Virus record (IMG/VR): IMGVR_UViG_2693429728_000013
Source: a virus
Taxonomy: Duplodnaviria; Heunggongvirae; Uroviricota; Caudoviricetes
DNA: 7,008 bases
Reading direction: 5' to 3' (one strand)
In this document: positions 5,786 through 7,008 of the stretch, piece after piece
Position numbering within the stretch: position 1 is the first letter of the stretch
Layout of the letters: each line of letters opens with the position of its first letter
Translations under genes and position numbers: made by a program
Notes under the pieces: model-generated
Told to the model about the DNA's origin: nothing
Database searches by the model: none
What the model saw: only the letters and a program-made list of their open reading frames with translations

Positions 5786-6541
5786 CAGGCTGCGGCATTT
5801 TGTCCGCGCCGGGCTTCGCTCACTGTTCAGGCCGGAGCCACAGACCGCCGTTGAATGGGCGGATGCCAATTACTATCTCCCGAAAGAATCCGCATACCAG
5901 GAAGGGCGCTGGGAAACACTGCCCTTTCAGCGGGCCATCATGAATGCGATGGGCAGTGACTACGTCCGCGAGGTGAATGTGGTGAAGTCTGCCCGTGTTG
6001 GTTATTCCAAAATGCTGCTGGGTGTTTATGCCTACTTCATAGAGCATAAGCAGCGCAACACCCTTATCTGGTTGCCGACGGATGGTGATGCCGAGAACTT
6101 TATGAAAACCCACGTTGAGCCGACCATCCGCGATATTCCGTCGCTGCTGGCGCTGGCTCCGTGGTATGGCAAAAAGCACCGGGATAACACGCTCACTATG
6201 AAGCGTTTTTCCAATGGTCGTGGCTTCTGGTGCCTGGGCGGTAAAGCGGCAAAAAACTACCGTGAAAAGTCGGTGGATGTGGCGGGTTATGATGAACTTG
6301 CTGCCTTTGATGAGGATATTGAACAGGAAGGCTCTCCGACGTTCCTGGGTGACAAGCGTATTGAAGGCTCGGTCTGGCCAAAGTCCATCCGTGGCTCCAC
6401 GCCCAAAGTGAGAGGCACCTGCCAGATTGAGCGTGCAGCCAGTGAATCCCCGCATTTTATGCGTTTTCATGTTGCCTGTCCGCACTGCGGGGAGGAGCAG
6501 TATCTTAAATTTGGCGATAAAGAGACGTCGTTTGGCCTCAA
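5561..6541. repeat. Tandem direct repeat, copy 2 (981 bp)
   Basis: Same as copy 1 at offset +981. Junction has microhomology: CTGAAGTGG in Nu1 versus CTCAAATGG in A. Confidence 0.9.
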
Positions 6542-7008
6542 ATGGACGCCGGATGATCCCTCCAGCGTGTTTTATCTCTGCGAACATAATGCCTGCGTCA
6601 TCCGCCAGCAGGAACTGGACTTCACTGATGCCCGTTATATCTGCGAAAAGACCGGGATCTGGACCCGTGATGGCATTCTCTGGTTTTCGTCATCCGGTGA
6701 AGAGATTGAGCCACCTGACAGTGTGACCTTTCACATCTGGACAGCGTACAGCCCGTTCACCACCTGGGTGCAGATTGTCAAAGACTGGATGAAAACGAAA
6801 GGGGATACGGGAAAACGTAAAACCTTCGTAAACACCACGCTCGGTGAGACGTGGGAGGCGAAAATTGGCGAACGTCCGGATGCTGAAGTGATGGCAGAGC
6901 GGAAAGAGCATTATTCAGCGCCCGTTCCTGACCGTGTGGCTTACCTGACCGCCGGTATCGACTCCCAGCTGGACCGCTACGAAATGCGCGTATGGGGATG
7001 GGGGCCGG
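5760..7008 (+). CDS. A: Terminase large subunit A, second copy, apparently intact at the 5' end; 3' end beyond window
   Basis: GTG start at 5760 in the same context as 4779. Frame stays open to the window end and reads as gpA through ...GLKWTPDDPSSVFYLCEHNACVIRQQELDFTDARYICEKTGIWTRDGILWFSSSGEEIEPP...AGIDSQLDRYEMRVWGWGP, matching lambda gpA as recalled. Confidence 0.9.
   Translation, partial: MNISNSQVNRLRHFVRAGLRSLFRPEPQTAVEWADANYYLPKESAYQEGRWETLPFQRAIMNAMGSDYVREVNVVKSARVGYSKMLLGVYAYFIEHKQRNTLIWLPTDGDAENFMKTHVEPTIRDIPSLLALAPWYGKKHRDNTLTMKRFSNGRGFWCLGGKAAKNYREKSVDVAGYDELAAFDEDIEQEGSPTFLGDKRIEGSVWPKSIRGSTPKVRGTCQIERAASESPHFMRFHVACPHCGEEQYLKFGDKETSFGLKWTPDDPSSVFYLCEHNACVIRQQELDFTDARYICEKTGIWTRDGILWFSSSGEEIEPPDSVTFHIWTAYSPFTTWVQIVKDWMKTKGDTGKRKTFVNTTLGETWEAKIGERPDAEVMAERKEHYSAPVPDRVAYLTAGIDSQLDRYEMRVWGWGP

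Noticed and set aside
4580-6541. CRISPR array or insertion sequence as explanation for the repeat
   Set aside because: Only two long (981-bp) copies in direct tandem with no short repeat-spacer periodicity, no terminal inverted repeats and no transposase; it is a segmental duplication of terminase sequence.
4030-7008. Possibility that the window is simply phage lambda or a lambda cloning vector
   Set aside because: The S and R genes are of the pinholin/SAR-endolysin type and an extra 325-aa gene is present, neither of which is lambda; the cos/terminase part also carries substitutions and a duplication.

Overview
This window is the late-region junction of an integrated lambdoid prophage (enterobacterial, E. 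coli-like): a lysis cassette, then an AT-rich spacer, the cos site, and the start of the packaging module. The lysis cassette is of the phage 21 / Stx-phage (933W) type: pinholin S, an uncharacterized 325-aa gene, SAR endolysin R, a terminator, a possible 45-aa membrane ORF, then Rz with embedded Rz1. The spacer carries one small minus-strand ribbon-helix-helix-like ORF. The cos site, Nu1 and the 5' part of A match phage lambda almost exactly, as far as I can recall the lambda sequence. Two things stand out. First, the 325-aa gene wedged between holin and endolysin, which I cannot assign to any family. Second, a 981-bp tandem direct duplication spanning the Nu1 3' end and the A 5' end, whose copies differ at about six positions; it leaves a truncated A, a Nu1 fragment, and then an apparently intact A running off the window. 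No tRNA, rRNA, CRISPR array or IS element was seen. All calls are from reading the sequence and the ORF track; no searches were run.
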